Assembly: GCA_965219685.1 (NCBI GenBank)
Contig: CBDCOH010000002.1
Coordinates: 128,001 to 192,000 of the forward strand
Length of the DNA stretch: 64,000 nt
Direction: 5' to 3'
DNA from: Candidatus Spongiisociaceae bacterium
GTDB lineage: Bacteria > Actinomycetota > Acidimicrobiia > Spongiisociales > Spongiisociaceae
Positions 9,363 through 18,829 of this stretch are shown in pieces. Positions within the stretch are counted from its first letter, which is position 1; every line of letters starts with the position of its first letter. The notes beneath the pieces were generated by a model. That model saw nothing but the letters and a program-made list of their open reading frames with translations, made no database searches and was not told the DNA's origin. The position numbers were made by a program, and so were the translations under genes.

Positions 9363-10661
9363 ATGCATGACGTAGTCGTTATCGGTGGTGGCATTGCGGG
9401 GTTGACGGCGGCCCGGGACCTGGCGCATCGGGGGTACGGGGTGCTGGTGCTCGAGGCGCGTGACCGGTTGGGTGGGCGGACATGGTGGAAGCGGTTTGCT
9501 GACACCGATCACCGTACCGAGATGGGCGGCACTTGGTTCGACGAGGGTACGCAGCTCAACATCGCCCGGGAGATCCAGCGGTACTCGCTGCCTACTGTCC
9601 TGAGCCCGGCCGGGCAGGCATTCCGGGTGTCGCTGGGCGGTCGTAGCCTGGCCCGTTCCGACCAGCCGGTGCCCCCTGACGTCCGGCCCGATCTGGACAA
9701 GGCCATCGACCACATCGTCGATCAGTCCCGCCGGGTGACGTTCGGGTCCGATCTCGACAGTCCGGATCTCCACGACCTGGACATTCCCTTCTCCGAGCTC
9801 GTCGCGCCCTATAGCGACCAGCAGCTCGTAGACGAGTACCTCTCGATGTGGGCGGCATTCGCGTTCGGCTGCGATCCATCGGAAGTGTCGGCATTGCAGG
9901 TCCTCACCTGGGTGGCCGGCTACGACAACATGACCTGGACGCTCGACGACGCTCCGGCTACGAAGTTCGCCCAGGGGACGGCGAGCCTGGTCGAAGCCCT
10001 GGCCGAGGACGGGGGTTCGGAGATCGAGTTGTCGGCGCCGGTCGCCTCGATCGTTGACGCCGGCGACCATGTCGAGGTGACCACGGCCGGCGGCGATACC
10101 CACCGGGCCCGGTTCGCTCTGCTGGCCACCCCGGTCAACACCTGGGAGGACATCGAGTTGCCGATACCGGCCGGCTCGCCCAAGGCCAGGTTCGCCGCGG
10201 AAGGGTTGGCGGGTCAGGCTGTCAAGCTGCATGCCCTGGTCGACGACGTTCCCGAGTTCCTGATGGCCTCGGGTTGGGGTGGCCCGCTGTGCTGGGTCTC
10301 GGAGCAGGCCAACTTCGACGGTGGACGGCTCCTCGTGGGCATCGGCTCGGATGACTCGGCGATCGACGGGACCGATCCCGCCCAGGTGCAGCAGGCAATC
10401 CGCCAGTTCGCCCCGGAAGCGACCGTCCGGATGTGCGACAGCCACAACTGGTCGACCGACCCGTACGCCAAGGGGACCTGGACCACCTACCGCCCCGGCC
10501 AGCTGTCGCGCTACTACTCAGACTTCTTCGTGCCCCATGGCCGCCTCGACTTCGGTGGATCGGACCTCGCCCGAGGCTGGGCAGGGTTCATGGACGGCGC
10601 CATCGAGAGCGGTGCCGAAACCGCAGCAGCCCTCGACCGGCGGCTAGGCGAGGAAAGCTAG
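9363..10661 (+). CDS. Flavin monoamine oxidase family protein
   Basis: GGGIAGL dinucleotide fold, [16 protein letters not shown]-terminal [10 protein letters not shown]. Confidence 0.92.
   Translation: MHDVVVIGGGIAGLTAARDLAHRGYGVLVLEARDRLGGRTWWKRFADTDHRTEMGGTWFDEGTQLNIAREIQRYSLPTVLSPAGQAFRVSLGGRSLARSDQPVPPDVRPDLDKAIDHIVDQSRRVTFGSDLDSPDLHDLDIPFSELVAPYSDQQLVDEYLSMWAAFAFGCDPSEVSALQVLTWVAGYDNMTWTLDDAPATKFAQGTASLVEALAEDGGSEIELSAPVASIVDAGDHVEVTTAGGDTHRARFALLATPVNTWEDIELPIPAGSPKARFAAEGLAGQAVKLHALVDDVPEFLMASGWGGPLCWVSEQANFDGGRLLVGIGSDDSAIDGTDPAQVQQAIRQFAPEATVRMCDSHNWSTDPYAKGTWTTYRPGQLSRYYSDFFVPHGRLDFGGSDLARGWAGFMDGAIESGAETAAALDRRLGEES
10572..10645 (+). repeat. 74-bp direct repeat copy 1 (3' end of amine oxidase gene)
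   Basis: Identical to 11622-11695; imperfect similarity continues through the stop codon. Confidence 0.95.
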
Positions 10662-10828
10662 GGCCGGAGCTCCCCGGTTCGCTCAGACCGGACCCAGGGG
10701 CAGGAGGAAGGATCCGCTCGCGACCAGATGTCTCCCGGCGGTGGCCGGGCATCCCTGGCTTCTGGTCGGCCCTGTCGGGAGGAGTCGGGGACCGCATGCC
10801 CACACACGCTCCGAAGACAACTCTCGAT

Positions 10829-10850
10829 AGTATAAGCGATCAGTTATACT
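10829..10850 (+). promoter_or_regulatory. Palindromic operator overlapping -10 of TA operon
   Basis: AGTATAA-N8-TTATACT inverted repeat. TATACT sits 6 nt before the toxin GTG, consistent with a leaderless transcript. Confidence 0.6.
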
Positions 10851-10856
10851 AGGACT

Positions 10857-11218
10857 GTGTGGGAGGTCGAGTACACGAACGAGTTCGGCGACTGGTGGAA
10901 CACCTTGACGGTGGATCAACAGGAAGCCCTCGACGACCGGGTCATGCTACTGGCAGACCACGGTCCTGCCCTTAGGCGTCCCTGTGGTGGGAGCCATAAC
11001 GGGGTCCCGTCACAGCAACATGAAGGAACTACGCGCATCAGCCGGGGGCGGCTCGTTGCGGGTGCTGTTCGCGTTCGACCCGCGACGGCAGGTGATCCTC
11101 CTGCTGGGCGGCGACAAGTCTGGCCGGTGGGACAGCTGGTACGAGTGGGGCGATCCCGACCGCCGATCGTCTCTACGACACCTACCTCCAAGAGCTACGC
11201 CATGAAGGACTGATCTAA
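10857..11218 (+). pseudogene. RelE/ParE-superfamily (HigB/Gp49-like) toxin, two frameshifts
   Basis: MWEVEYTNEFGDWW...GPALRRP / VVGAITGSRHSNMKELR...RVLFAFDPRRQVILLLGGDKSG / AIPTADRLYDTYLQEL fall in three frames, with an extra C at about 10980-10982 and an extra G at about 11147-11150. Confidence 0.85.
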
Positions 11219-11242
11219 GAAACAGACGAAAGTGAACGGAAC

Positions 11243-11578
11243 ATGGTGAACGCCAAGAACTACAAGCAACTACACGACCGAGTTATCGCACGGCCCGGAG
11301 CAGTAGAACGCCTTGCCGCGCTGCGCCAAGCGACCCTTGCTGAGATCGGTCTCTACGAGATGCGCAGACAACTCGACTGTTCCCAGTCGGAGCTCGCTGC
11401 CGCTCTCGGGATCAGTCAGGCAGCCGTTTCCCAGCTGGAGAACGCGCAGGACCTGACCCTGTCCCGGCTACAGAAGTACCTCGAACCCTTCGGCGCGACG
11501 CTGCGCATCCACGCTGTATTCGACAATGGGGAAGAGGAATACAGCATCCCCATCCGCGTCGGACGGAGGGCGTCCTAG
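11243..11578 (+). CDS. XRE-family HTH antitoxin (HigA-like)
   Basis: LYEMRRQLDCSQSELAAALGISQAAVSQLEN HTH, directly after the toxin (toxin-first order). Confidence 0.85.
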   Translation: MVNAKNYKQLHDRVIARPGAVERLAALRQATLAEIGLYEMRRQLDCSQSELAAALGISQAAVSQLENAQDLTLSRLQKYLEPFGATLRIHAVFDNGEEEYSIPIRVGRRAS

Positions 11579-11621
11579 AAACTCGCAGACGGCAGCGGTG
11601 TGACCGGGCCCGCTCGGATCG

Positions 11622-11695
11622 CGAGGCTGGGCAGGGTTCATGGACGGCGCCATCGAGAGCGGTGCCGAAACCGCAGCAGCCCTCGACCGGCGGCT
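11622..11695 (+). repeat. 74-bp direct repeat copy 2 (orphan amine oxidase 3' end)
   Basis: Identical to 10572-10645, offset 1050 bp; continues as RRLSEDG-TAG. Confidence 0.95.
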
Positions 11696-11729
11696 GAGCG
11701 AGGACGGTTAGGACCGGCTCGGGACCGAT

Positions 11730-11895
11730 CCGTCGTGCTAGGCCTGTCGCCGTAGGCGCAGGCGAGGGCACGGAGCTTCTCCGCCGCGTATCGGTTGGTG
11801 TCGATCAACTCCACGGTCCGAGACCGGACTCCGGCGAAGGCAAGCGTGTTGCGCAGCGGCACCCGTTCTGTCGGCACCATCTCTTCGGCTATTGG
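11730..11895 (-). pseudogene. Fragment of AbiEii/MenT-like nucleotidyltransferase toxin
   Basis: ERVPLRNTLAFAGVRSRTVELIDTNRYAAEKLRALACAYGDRPST resembles the AEKLxA...ST region of type IV TA nucleotidyltransferases. Recognised from memory, not by search. Confidence 0.55.
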
Positions 11896-12010
11896 CTCGG
11901 CCGCCGGCCCATAGTGTCCGGCCAGTGGGGGCGGCGTCCCCTTCTGTAATCCGCCTGCTCGGTCTCTGGAGCGGTCGCCAGGGTGTAGAATCTGATGAGA
12001 CGCCAAAGGA

Positions 12011-13735
12011 GTGACGGGAGTGTTCCTTCCCCGTGTCCGACGATTGGCGGTTCTCGGGGCTCTGGGTGTCACGGTTGTGCTATCCGCTTGCGGGGGCGAT
12101 GGCTCGACCGAGACGACTGTTGCTGGAGGCACCTCTTCTACAGCCGCAGAGGCCGGAACGGCCGCATCCACGACCACGGCCGCGCCGACTACCACCTCCG
12201 CCGCGACGACCGTTGCCGCGGGATCGACGTCTCCTACATCCGAGCCGGCGGGTGCGACTGTCGGCGCCGATATCAGCCTGGATGAGGGCACCCTCTGGGC
12301 CGACGTGTTCAGCATTTTCAGCGTCTCGGAGCAGGCGTGTATCCGCGACGCTGTGGACGAAGAGCTACTGGAGTCGGTGCTGGACCGGCCTGTCCTGGAG
12401 GATTCCGACGCACCCGAGGACTGGGCGGTCTCGATATTCGCCTGCCTCGCTCCCGAGACTGCTCAGGCCTTGTTCCTCTCCTTGATGATGGCCGGGATGG
12501 AGGGCGACGAGGAACTGGACATGGAACTTACCGAGGAAGAGATGTCCTGCCTGCGGGAATGGGTGGCGGGTGTCGATGCGGCCGCCGCGGTTGAAGCGCT
12601 CGCGGACGAGGACCCTGTGGCCGCCGGGGAGCTGACTTCCGGCATGCTTTCCTGCCTCAAGGACCTGTTCCTCTCGGTGATGTTCGAGGAGATGGGTGTG
12701 GCGTTCGGTGAGTTGGCTGAGGAGGAGATGTCCTGCCTGCGCGAGTGGATGGCCGGTATCGACATGGGTCCCATGGTCGAAGCGCTCGCGGTTGATGACC
12801 CCACGGCTCTCGGCGAGTTCATGCAGGAGTTGTTGGGGTGCGTTCCTGACGCGTTCCTCTCGCTGGTGTTCGAGGAAACGGATATGGAGTTCGCTGACTT
12901 GGGCGAGGACGAGGTGTCCTGCTTGCGCGAGTGGGTGGCCGGCGCCGATTTCTTGGGGCTGCTCGCCGGTGACCCCGAGGCCGCCCTGGCCTTCCTTCCG
13001 GGTCTGCTTGAGTGCGTTCCCGACCTGCTGGACGCACCATTCGCCCCGGACCCGGGTACTTTCTTCAACCTGGCTCTCGGGGAGGCCACTGCCGTCGCGA
13101 TCGGTGAGGAGGCGCAGGGCGAACTGGACGAGCCGGGCGAATCCGACTTGTTCGTGTTCGAGGCTGTGGGGGGCGAGGTGTATCAGATAGATGTGGCTCT
13201 GGGGACGCTGGCTGACTCTGTGGTGACTCTGTACGACTCCCGCGAGTGGTTGCTGGCCTACAACGATGACTACGAGGACTCGTCGGCTTCTCGGATTCTG
13301 TGGGAGGCTCCTGGTTCCGGGAGTTACTACATCGAGGTTTCCTCATGGGATGACGGGACCGGTTCTTACACGGTGACCGTTGTTGCTGCCGAGGTCGTGG
13401 ACGATCACGCCGGCGGGGTCGGTGATGCCACGTCGGTGACGGTCGGTGAGGCTGCTGCTGGTGTGGTGGACTACACGGGTGATGTCGACTTGTTCGTGTT
13501 CGAGGCTGTGGGTGGTGAGCTGTATCAGATAGATGTGGCTTTGGGGACGCTGGCTGACTCTATGGTGTCGTTGTACGACTCCGGCGAGTGGGAACTGGCC
13601 TACAACGACGACCACGGGGACTCGACAGCTTCTCGGATTCTGTGGGAGGCTCCTGGTTCCGGGAGTTACTACATCGAGGTTTCCTCTTGGGGTACCGATA
13701 CGGGCTCTTACACGCTGACCATCATCGTTCGATAG
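12011..13735 (+). CDS. Lipoprotein with Ser/Thr/Ala linker, Cys-containing acidic helical repeats and two C-terminal PPC (pre-peptidase C-terminal) domains
   Basis: Lipobox VVLSAC; repeats EEMSCLREW...xCL; duplicated DLFVFEAVGGE.YQIDV...LAYNDD...GSYYIEV...GSYT. Confidence 0.85.
   Translation: MTGVFLPRVRRLAVLGALGVTVVLSACGGDGSTETTVAGGTSSTAAEAGTAASTTTAAPTTTSAATTVAAGSTSPTSEPAGATVGADISLDEGTLWADVFSIFSVSEQACIRDAVDEELLESVLDRPVLEDSDAPEDWAVSIFACLAPETAQALFLSLMMAGMEGDEELDMELTEEEMSCLREWVAGVDAAAAVEALADEDPVAAGELTSGMLSCLKDLFLSVMFEEMGVAFGELAEEEMSCLREWMAGIDMGPMVEALAVDDPTALGEFMQELLGCVPDAFLSLVFEETDMEFADLGEDEVSCLREWVAGADFLGLLAGDPEAALAFLPGLLECVPDLLDAPFAPDPGTFFNLALGEATAVAIGEEAQGELDEPGESDLFVFEAVGGEVYQIDVALGTLADSVVTLYDSREWLLAYNDDYEDSSASRILWEAPGSGSYYIEVSSWDDGTGSYTVTVVAAEVVDDHAGGVGDATSVTVGEAAAGVVDYTGDVDLFVFEAVGGELYQIDVALGTLADSMVSLYDSGEWELAYNDDHGDSTASRILWEAPGSGSYYIEVSSWGTDTGSYTLTIIVR
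13145..13714 (+). repeat. Duplicated PPC domain coding repeat (period 342 bp)
   Basis: About 13145-13372 versus about 13487-13714, near-identical DNA. Confidence 0.85.
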
Positions 13736-13886
13736 AGCCGTATCGGAGGGTGCCCAACGCAGGTAGATCAGTTCCATGTACTTGCTGCGGCTCTATCGGC
13801 GGCGGCGGTCGTGCCTCATCTACGGCGCGCGCTGAAGGATGCCGAACTCGACCCGGGTCGTGCCGGCCGGACGTGGGGAGGCTTCC

Positions 13887-15527
13887 GTGGCTGAGATAAC
13901 CGTATTCCTGGCTCGAACGGGGCGGACGATGGAACCGTCGCTGCCGGTTGCGGAAGCGGTTGCGGTGCGGGATGGCCGCATCGTCGAGGTGGGGACGCTC
14001 GAGACGTTGCGTCCGTGGCTGGATTCCCGCAGCCACGAGATAGACGACACGTTCAGGGACCACTGCATCATGCCGGGGTTCATCGATCCCCACCTGCATC
14101 CCTCCATGGCCGCCATGCTGCTGCCCATGCAGTTCATGACGGCGACGGGGTGGGAGCTCCCTTGGGAGGACATTCCACCCGTGGGGGACGGGGAGCGGTT
14201 CCTCGCACGCCTGGTCGAGATCGAGGCCGATCTGTCCCCTGGCGAGCCGCTGTTCGCCTTCGGCCACCACCCGATATGGCACGGCAACATCGATCGGCGC
14301 GCCCTCAACGAGATATCGGCTGCCCGCCCCATCGTGGTCTGGCACCGCGGCTACCACTCGCTGGTGGTCAACGACGCCTGCCTGCGGTGGATGGACCTGG
14401 ACGCGGCGTCAGTTAGCGACCATCCACAGATCGATCTGGAGGCGGGCAAGTTCTTCGAAACCGGCCTCGAAGTCGCCTTGCATCACCTCCGCGGCTTCAT
14501 CCTGGAGGTGGACCGGTTCCGCAATGGGCTCGACCGGATGCGGCAGGTCATCCATCACGGCGGCCACACGACCATCGGCGACGCCGCCTTCGGTTTCTAC
14601 GGGTTCGAGGAGGAATGGGCCCACCTCCAGGCCGTGATGGAACAGCCGGACACCCCGTTCCGGATCCAGCTGATGCCGTATGCCATGGGACCGGACGGGG
14701 ATTCGCGAACCGACCGGCAGTTCCTCGAGCGTGTCCTGGAGTATCCGGAGCGGAACACGCATCGGCTGCGGTTCGGCGACCACGTCAAGCTGTTCGCCGA
14801 CGGCGGGTTCTTCGCGGAACTGTTGATGCTCAAGCCCCCCGGACACCTCGACGGACGTCGCGGCGAGTGGATCACACCCCCGGAACGATTCGAGGAGATC
14901 GCCCGGGTGCTGTGGAATGCCGGGCTCAGGATCCACGTGCATTGCAGCGGCGACCTCGGCGTCGAGCTGGCGCTGTCCACCCTCGAGAAGCTCCAGTGGG
15001 AACGGCCCCGCTTCGATCATCGGTTCACGTTCGAGCACTTCGGAATCTCGAGTTCGCAACAGGTCGACCGCATGGCGGCGGTCGGGGGCGTGGTTTCGGC
15101 CAACGCCTACTACGTCTACGAACTCTCCGAAGCGTTCGCCGCCCACACGGTCGGGCACGAGCGGGCGTCCCAGATGTCGAGGCTCGGCTCGCTGGAGCGG
15201 GCAGGAGTCCGGTTCGCCGTCCACTCGGACTTCCCGATGGCCCCGGCGAAGCCTCTCAACAACGCCTGGGTGGCCGCCAACCGGATTGCCGAGTCCGGCG
15301 CCGTGATGGGCCCCACCGAGCGGGCCTCGCTGGACGCCGCCATCAGGGCCATCACCACCAACGCGGCCTACGTCCTCGGCCTCGAAGAAGAGATCGGATC
15401 GCTCCGCTGGGGCAAGCGAGCCGACTTCACCATCCTCGAAGAAGACCCCTACCTGGCCGGCGCCGAGTCCCTCCGCGACATCCCCATCTGGGGGACGGTC
15501 TTCGAGGGCAAGAAGTTCAAGGCCTGA
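13887..15527 (+). CDS. Amidohydrolase_3 (YtcJ-like) family protein
   Basis: PGFIDPHLH, VKLFADG, HVHCSGD, TFEH, HSDFP, GKRADF. Start GTG 13887 follows GGGGAGG. Confidence 0.88.
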   Translation: MAEITVFLARTGRTMEPSLPVAEAVAVRDGRIVEVGTLETLRPWLDSRSHEIDDTFRDHCIMPGFIDPHLHPSMAAMLLPMQFMTATGWELPWEDIPPVGDGERFLARLVEIEADLSPGEPLFAFGHHPIWHGNIDRRALNEISAARPIVVWHRGYHSLVVNDACLRWMDLDAASVSDHPQIDLEAGKFFETGLEVALHHLRGFILEVDRFRNGLDRMRQVIHHGGHTTIGDAAFGFYGFEEEWAHLQAVMEQPDTPFRIQLMPYAMGPDGDSRTDRQFLERVLEYPERNTHRLRFGDHVKLFADGGFFAELLMLKPPGHLDGRRGEWITPPERFEEIARVLWNAGLRIHVHCSGDLGVELALSTLEKLQWERPRFDHRFTFEHFGISSSQQVDRMAAVGGVVSANAYYVYELSEAFAAHTVGHERASQMSRLGSLERAGVRFAVHSDFPMAPAKPLNNAWVAANRIAESGAVMGPTERASLDAAIRAITTNAAYVLGLEEEIGSLRWGKRADFTILEEDPYLAGAESLRDIPIWGTVFEGKKFKA

Positions 15528-15648
15528 CCACTCCAACCGCGGACTCGGAACCGGTCAGAACCGACCTCCACAGGTCACATCAGGCTCGGCGGACAACGAT
15601 TCCCTGTGGCGAGGAGCATGTTTGCCGTTCCCGTGGTGGGCGCCGGGC

Positions 15649-16446
15649 TCATGGTGCAGACCAGGGTTCGGGGAACTCGCTGACCGGGAACACGCTGTTG
15701 ACGATCTGCAACTCCGCGTTCGGGCAGTGGGGGAGCCATATCCGGCGCCACTCGGTTCCCGGGATGATGTGGTAGAGAATCTCGTCGCCGGCCACGATCT
15801 CGGCCTCTAGCTCGTACCTGCTGTGGCGACTGATCTGCACGCCTTCGTGCGGAAGTGCGAACTCGATCGGGAACCTGTCGATGTCGCCCCGGGCTGTCTC
15901 CGTGACCACGAGCCGTGTTTCAGGATCGGTGACGTCGATCAGCCGGACGTGGAGCACGGCCTCGCGGGGTAGGTTCTCCTCAGCCATCTCAACGTAGATC
16001 TGTCCCGGCAGGGGCTCGACGCAGGTGTCAAAGGGGTTGGTCGATACAACCATGACATCGGAATTCGCGGGAGCGCCACGGGTGAGCACCGGGTGGACCG
16101 TGTCGTTGACGTACAACAGGTCATCGCCGTGCCATACATCGGCGCTCAGTGAATACTCGTTGCCACTTACGACCTGGTCGCGGTCGTACTCGATGTGGAA
16201 GCTGACCGGGAGGCGGCTCGCGTTCTCGATCACGTCGAGCCCCAGTTCCACGGAGGGGGCATCGGCCAGCGTGATGTCCAGCAGCCGGACGGAGACGACC
16301 GCGCCCTCCGGCAACTCGACCTCGCGCGCGAAGCGCACCTCGCCGGAGACAGATCCCGCGGACCCTGGTGGCGCGCAGGCGGCGGTTGCCGCAAGAGCCA
16401 CAGCCAGTACCGCCATGGTGAATGGACGCGCCAGACGATGCGTCAT
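15649..16446 (-). CDS. YbaY/YscW-family lipoprotein with two tandem domains
   Basis: Lipobox TAAC; LPEGAVVSVRLLDITLADAPS and a second LPREAVLHVRLIDVT..FPIEFAL domain. Confidence 0.8.
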   Translation of the reverse strand: MTHRLARPFTMAVLAVALAATAACAPPGSAGSVSGEVRFAREVELPEGAVVSVRLLDITLADAPSVELGLDVIENASRLPVSFHIEYDRDQVVSGNEYSLSADVWHGDDLLYVNDTVHPVLTRGAPANSDVMVVSTNPFDTCVEPLPGQIYVEMAEENLPREAVLHVRLIDVTDPETRLVVTETARGDIDRFPIEFALPHEGVQISRHSRYELEAEIVAGDEILYHIIPGTEWRRIWLPHCPNAELQIVNSVFPVSEFPEPWSAP

Positions 16447-16590
16447 TGGATCACTCCTTCCCACTCCACCATCTCGCCCGGGCCATTATCGTGGATGCCC
16501 TGCCTTCAAGCATGATCCGGCATGGCGCCGGTCACGCCCGTCCGTCAGGCCCCCTGCTGATCCGGTGCGGCAAACCTCCGGGTGGGTGGG

Positions 16591-17490
16591 TCAACCGATG
16601 AGGTTCCGGCTCGCTAGCGAGTCGGTTACCACCGCGCCGAAGAGCAGGGCCAGATACAGGATCGAGAACAGGTACAGCGCTCTGGCGCCTTCGGTCCCCT
16701 CATTGCGCGCCAGCCGGATCGCTCGGACGATGAACCCCGCCCCCAACGCGATGGCGCCGACCAGGTAGATCCAACCGACGGCGCCGGTCGCGACGAACGT
16801 CGTGGAGAACACCACCAGCACCACCGCGTAGATCAGGATCTGGCGCTTGGTCGCAGCCAGTGTGGCGACCACCGGCAGCATCGGGATCCCGGCGCGGGCG
16901 TAGTCGTCCTTGATCAGCAATGCCAGAGCCCAGAAGTGCGGGGGCGTCCACAGGAAGATGATGGCAAACAGGTAGACGGCCGGTAGCTCGACCGTCCCGG
17001 TCACCGCCGCCCAACCCACCAGGGGCGGGACTGCGCCGGCGGCGCCGCCGATGACGATGTTCTGGGGTGAGGTCCGCTTGAGGCCCTTGGTGTACACGAA
17101 CAGGTAGATGATGGTCCCGGCTACGGCGAGTAGGCCGCTCAGGACGTTCACGAAAGCAGCCAGGATCATGAAGGCGGCCAGGTTGAGGATGATCCCGAAA
17201 CCGTAGGCATGCCACTTCGAGACCCTCCCGCCGGCTACGGGGCGGGCGCGGGTGCGAACCATCCTCTGGTCTATGTCGCGTTCGGCGCCGTGGTTCAGGG
17301 CATTGGCTCCGCCGGCTGCCAGGTAGCCGGAGACGACGACGAGGGAGATCAGCAGGGGATCCGGCCGGCCCTCGGCGGCCAGGAACATGCTCCCAACCGC
17401 GGTGATCAGCAGAAGGACCGTGATCCGGGGTTTGGTGAGGGCGATGTAGTCGCTCACGACCGTGGATGCGCGAGTGCCTGGAGCCGGCAT
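16591..17490 (-). CDS. ctaB: Protoheme IX farnesyltransferase (heme O synthase)
   Basis: DYIALTKPRI, ERDIDQRMVRTRARP, YTKGLKR, NIVIGG, WTPPHFWALA, DDYARAGIPMLP. Confidence 0.93.
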   Translation of the reverse strand: MPAPGTRASTVVSDYIALTKPRITVLLLITAVGSMFLAAEGRPDPLLISLVVVSGYLAAGGANALNHGAERDIDQRMVRTRARPVAGGRVSKWHAYGFGIILNLAAFMILAAFVNVLSGLLAVAGTIIYLFVYTKGLKRTSPQNIVIGGAAGAVPPLVGWAAVTGTVELPAVYLFAIIFLWTPPHFWALALLIKDDYARAGIPMLPVVATLAATKRQILIYAVVLVVFSTTFVATGAVGWIYLVGAIALGAGFIVRAIRLARNEGTEGARALYLFSILYLALLFGAVVTDSLASRNLIG

Positions 17491-18449
17491 CACACGGCGG
17501 ACCGGGGATGCCGGCTCCTCACCCGGAAGGTTCCGGGATCGAACTGCATCGCGATCATCAACACCATCGAGACCCACGACATCGTGGCGAAGACCAGATG
17601 GAGGGATGCTATGAGAGGGGTCGAACCCATCCATGCCGTCAATGCCCCTACGCCGATCTCGATTAGCAGGAACCCCGCTGTGAGCACCACCAGCGAGCGT
17701 AGTTGCCCCCTCGCGGCTCCCTGCCTCCAAGCCACGAAGCAGGTACGCAGCACGAGCACGGCCACGATGGCCACCATGTATCGATGGGCCATGTTGACGA
17801 CGAACGGAGTGCCTCCGGGGAGGTTGTTACCTATGCAGAGCGGCCAACTCGGACAGGCGGCGCCGTAGTTCATCCCCACCATGTAGGAACCGAACAGGAT
17901 GGTCACCAGCAGACCGCTCAGGCCGGCCCACGCCAGCCTTCGATCCTGCGTGGAAACCCTGGGGACGAGGTTCCGTGGACCATCGGACCGATCATCGGGC
18001 GGACCGGCCAGCCAGGCGACGGCGAGGCCGGCCACGGTCAACTCGGCCAGCCCCAGGTGGATCAGCCGCGTCCACCAGGAGAGTTCGCTCAGGACGGTGA
18101 GGCCCCCGAGGATCGCCGCCGCGACCACCAGGACCGTGCTCGCACCCGTGGCGACGATCGCAGGTGTCGACGTCCGCAAGTGTCGCCAAGCCAGCACGAA
18201 CGAGGCCACGACCAGGAATCCGACGGCGGTCGCCGCCAGGCGGTGGGTGAACTCGAGCCAGATGTGGTAGTCGAAGGGTGGGATGATCTGTCCGTGGCAC
18301 AGTGGCCAGTCCGGGCATGCATCGCCGGAACCGGTCACCCGGACGACTCCTCCCAGAGCGACCTGCGCGATCGCCGCCAGCAGGCTCAGCAGCGTCACCG
18401 TCCTGTACCTTGCCTGACCCGATCGGGTACCCGCGGCGACATTTGGCAT
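17490..18449 (-). CDS. ctaA: Heme A synthase (COX15/CtaA family)
   Basis: GGVVRVTGSGDACPDWPLCHG, EFTHR, second ACPSWPLC and NMAHR; TGATG coupling to ctaB. Confidence 0.9.
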   Translation of the reverse strand: MPNVAAGTRSGQARYRTVTLLSLLAAIAQVALGGVVRVTGSGDACPDWPLCHGQIIPPFDYHIWLEFTHRLAATAVGFLVVASFVLAWRHLRTSTPAIVATGASTVLVVAAAILGGLTVLSELSWWTRLIHLGLAELTVAGLAVAWLAGPPDDRSDGPRNLVPRVSTQDRRLAWAGLSGLLVTILFGSYMVGMNYGAACPSWPLCIGNNLPGGTPFVVNMAHRYMVAIVAVLVLRTCFVAWRQGAARGQLRSLVVLTAGFLLIEIGVGALTAWMGSTPLIASLHLVFATMSWVSMVLMIAMQFDPGTFRVRSRHPRSAV

Positions 18450-18829
18450 GGTTTATCCGCTCCGGACTTCGAACAAGGACCCCTTCGTACGACCCCGAGC
18501 TCGCGGTTTCAGAAGGCTCGCGGAAGCTGTCGGATCGGATCCTCCGCAATTCTAGATGATCAGTTGTCAGGTGTCAGTTGTCAGGTAGTCATCGGTGGTT
18601 GGCGGTGGATCGGGCACGGTTCCGTTCTCGGTAGCGCTGTCCGAGCTTCGTCTCCTGGATCGGTATCCCCGGCTCGCGTCTGCTGAGCCGCGGTCGGTGC
18701 TCTGGCTTGCCACTCAAACCTCTCGTTGCAGGCAGGGTGCCGGGCTGGTCGCCCTCTAACGATATCCGACGTGCTGTTGGCGGATTCATGACGTAGCTTG
18801 TCGGAGGCTTCTAGAGAGGAGGTTTGCTG

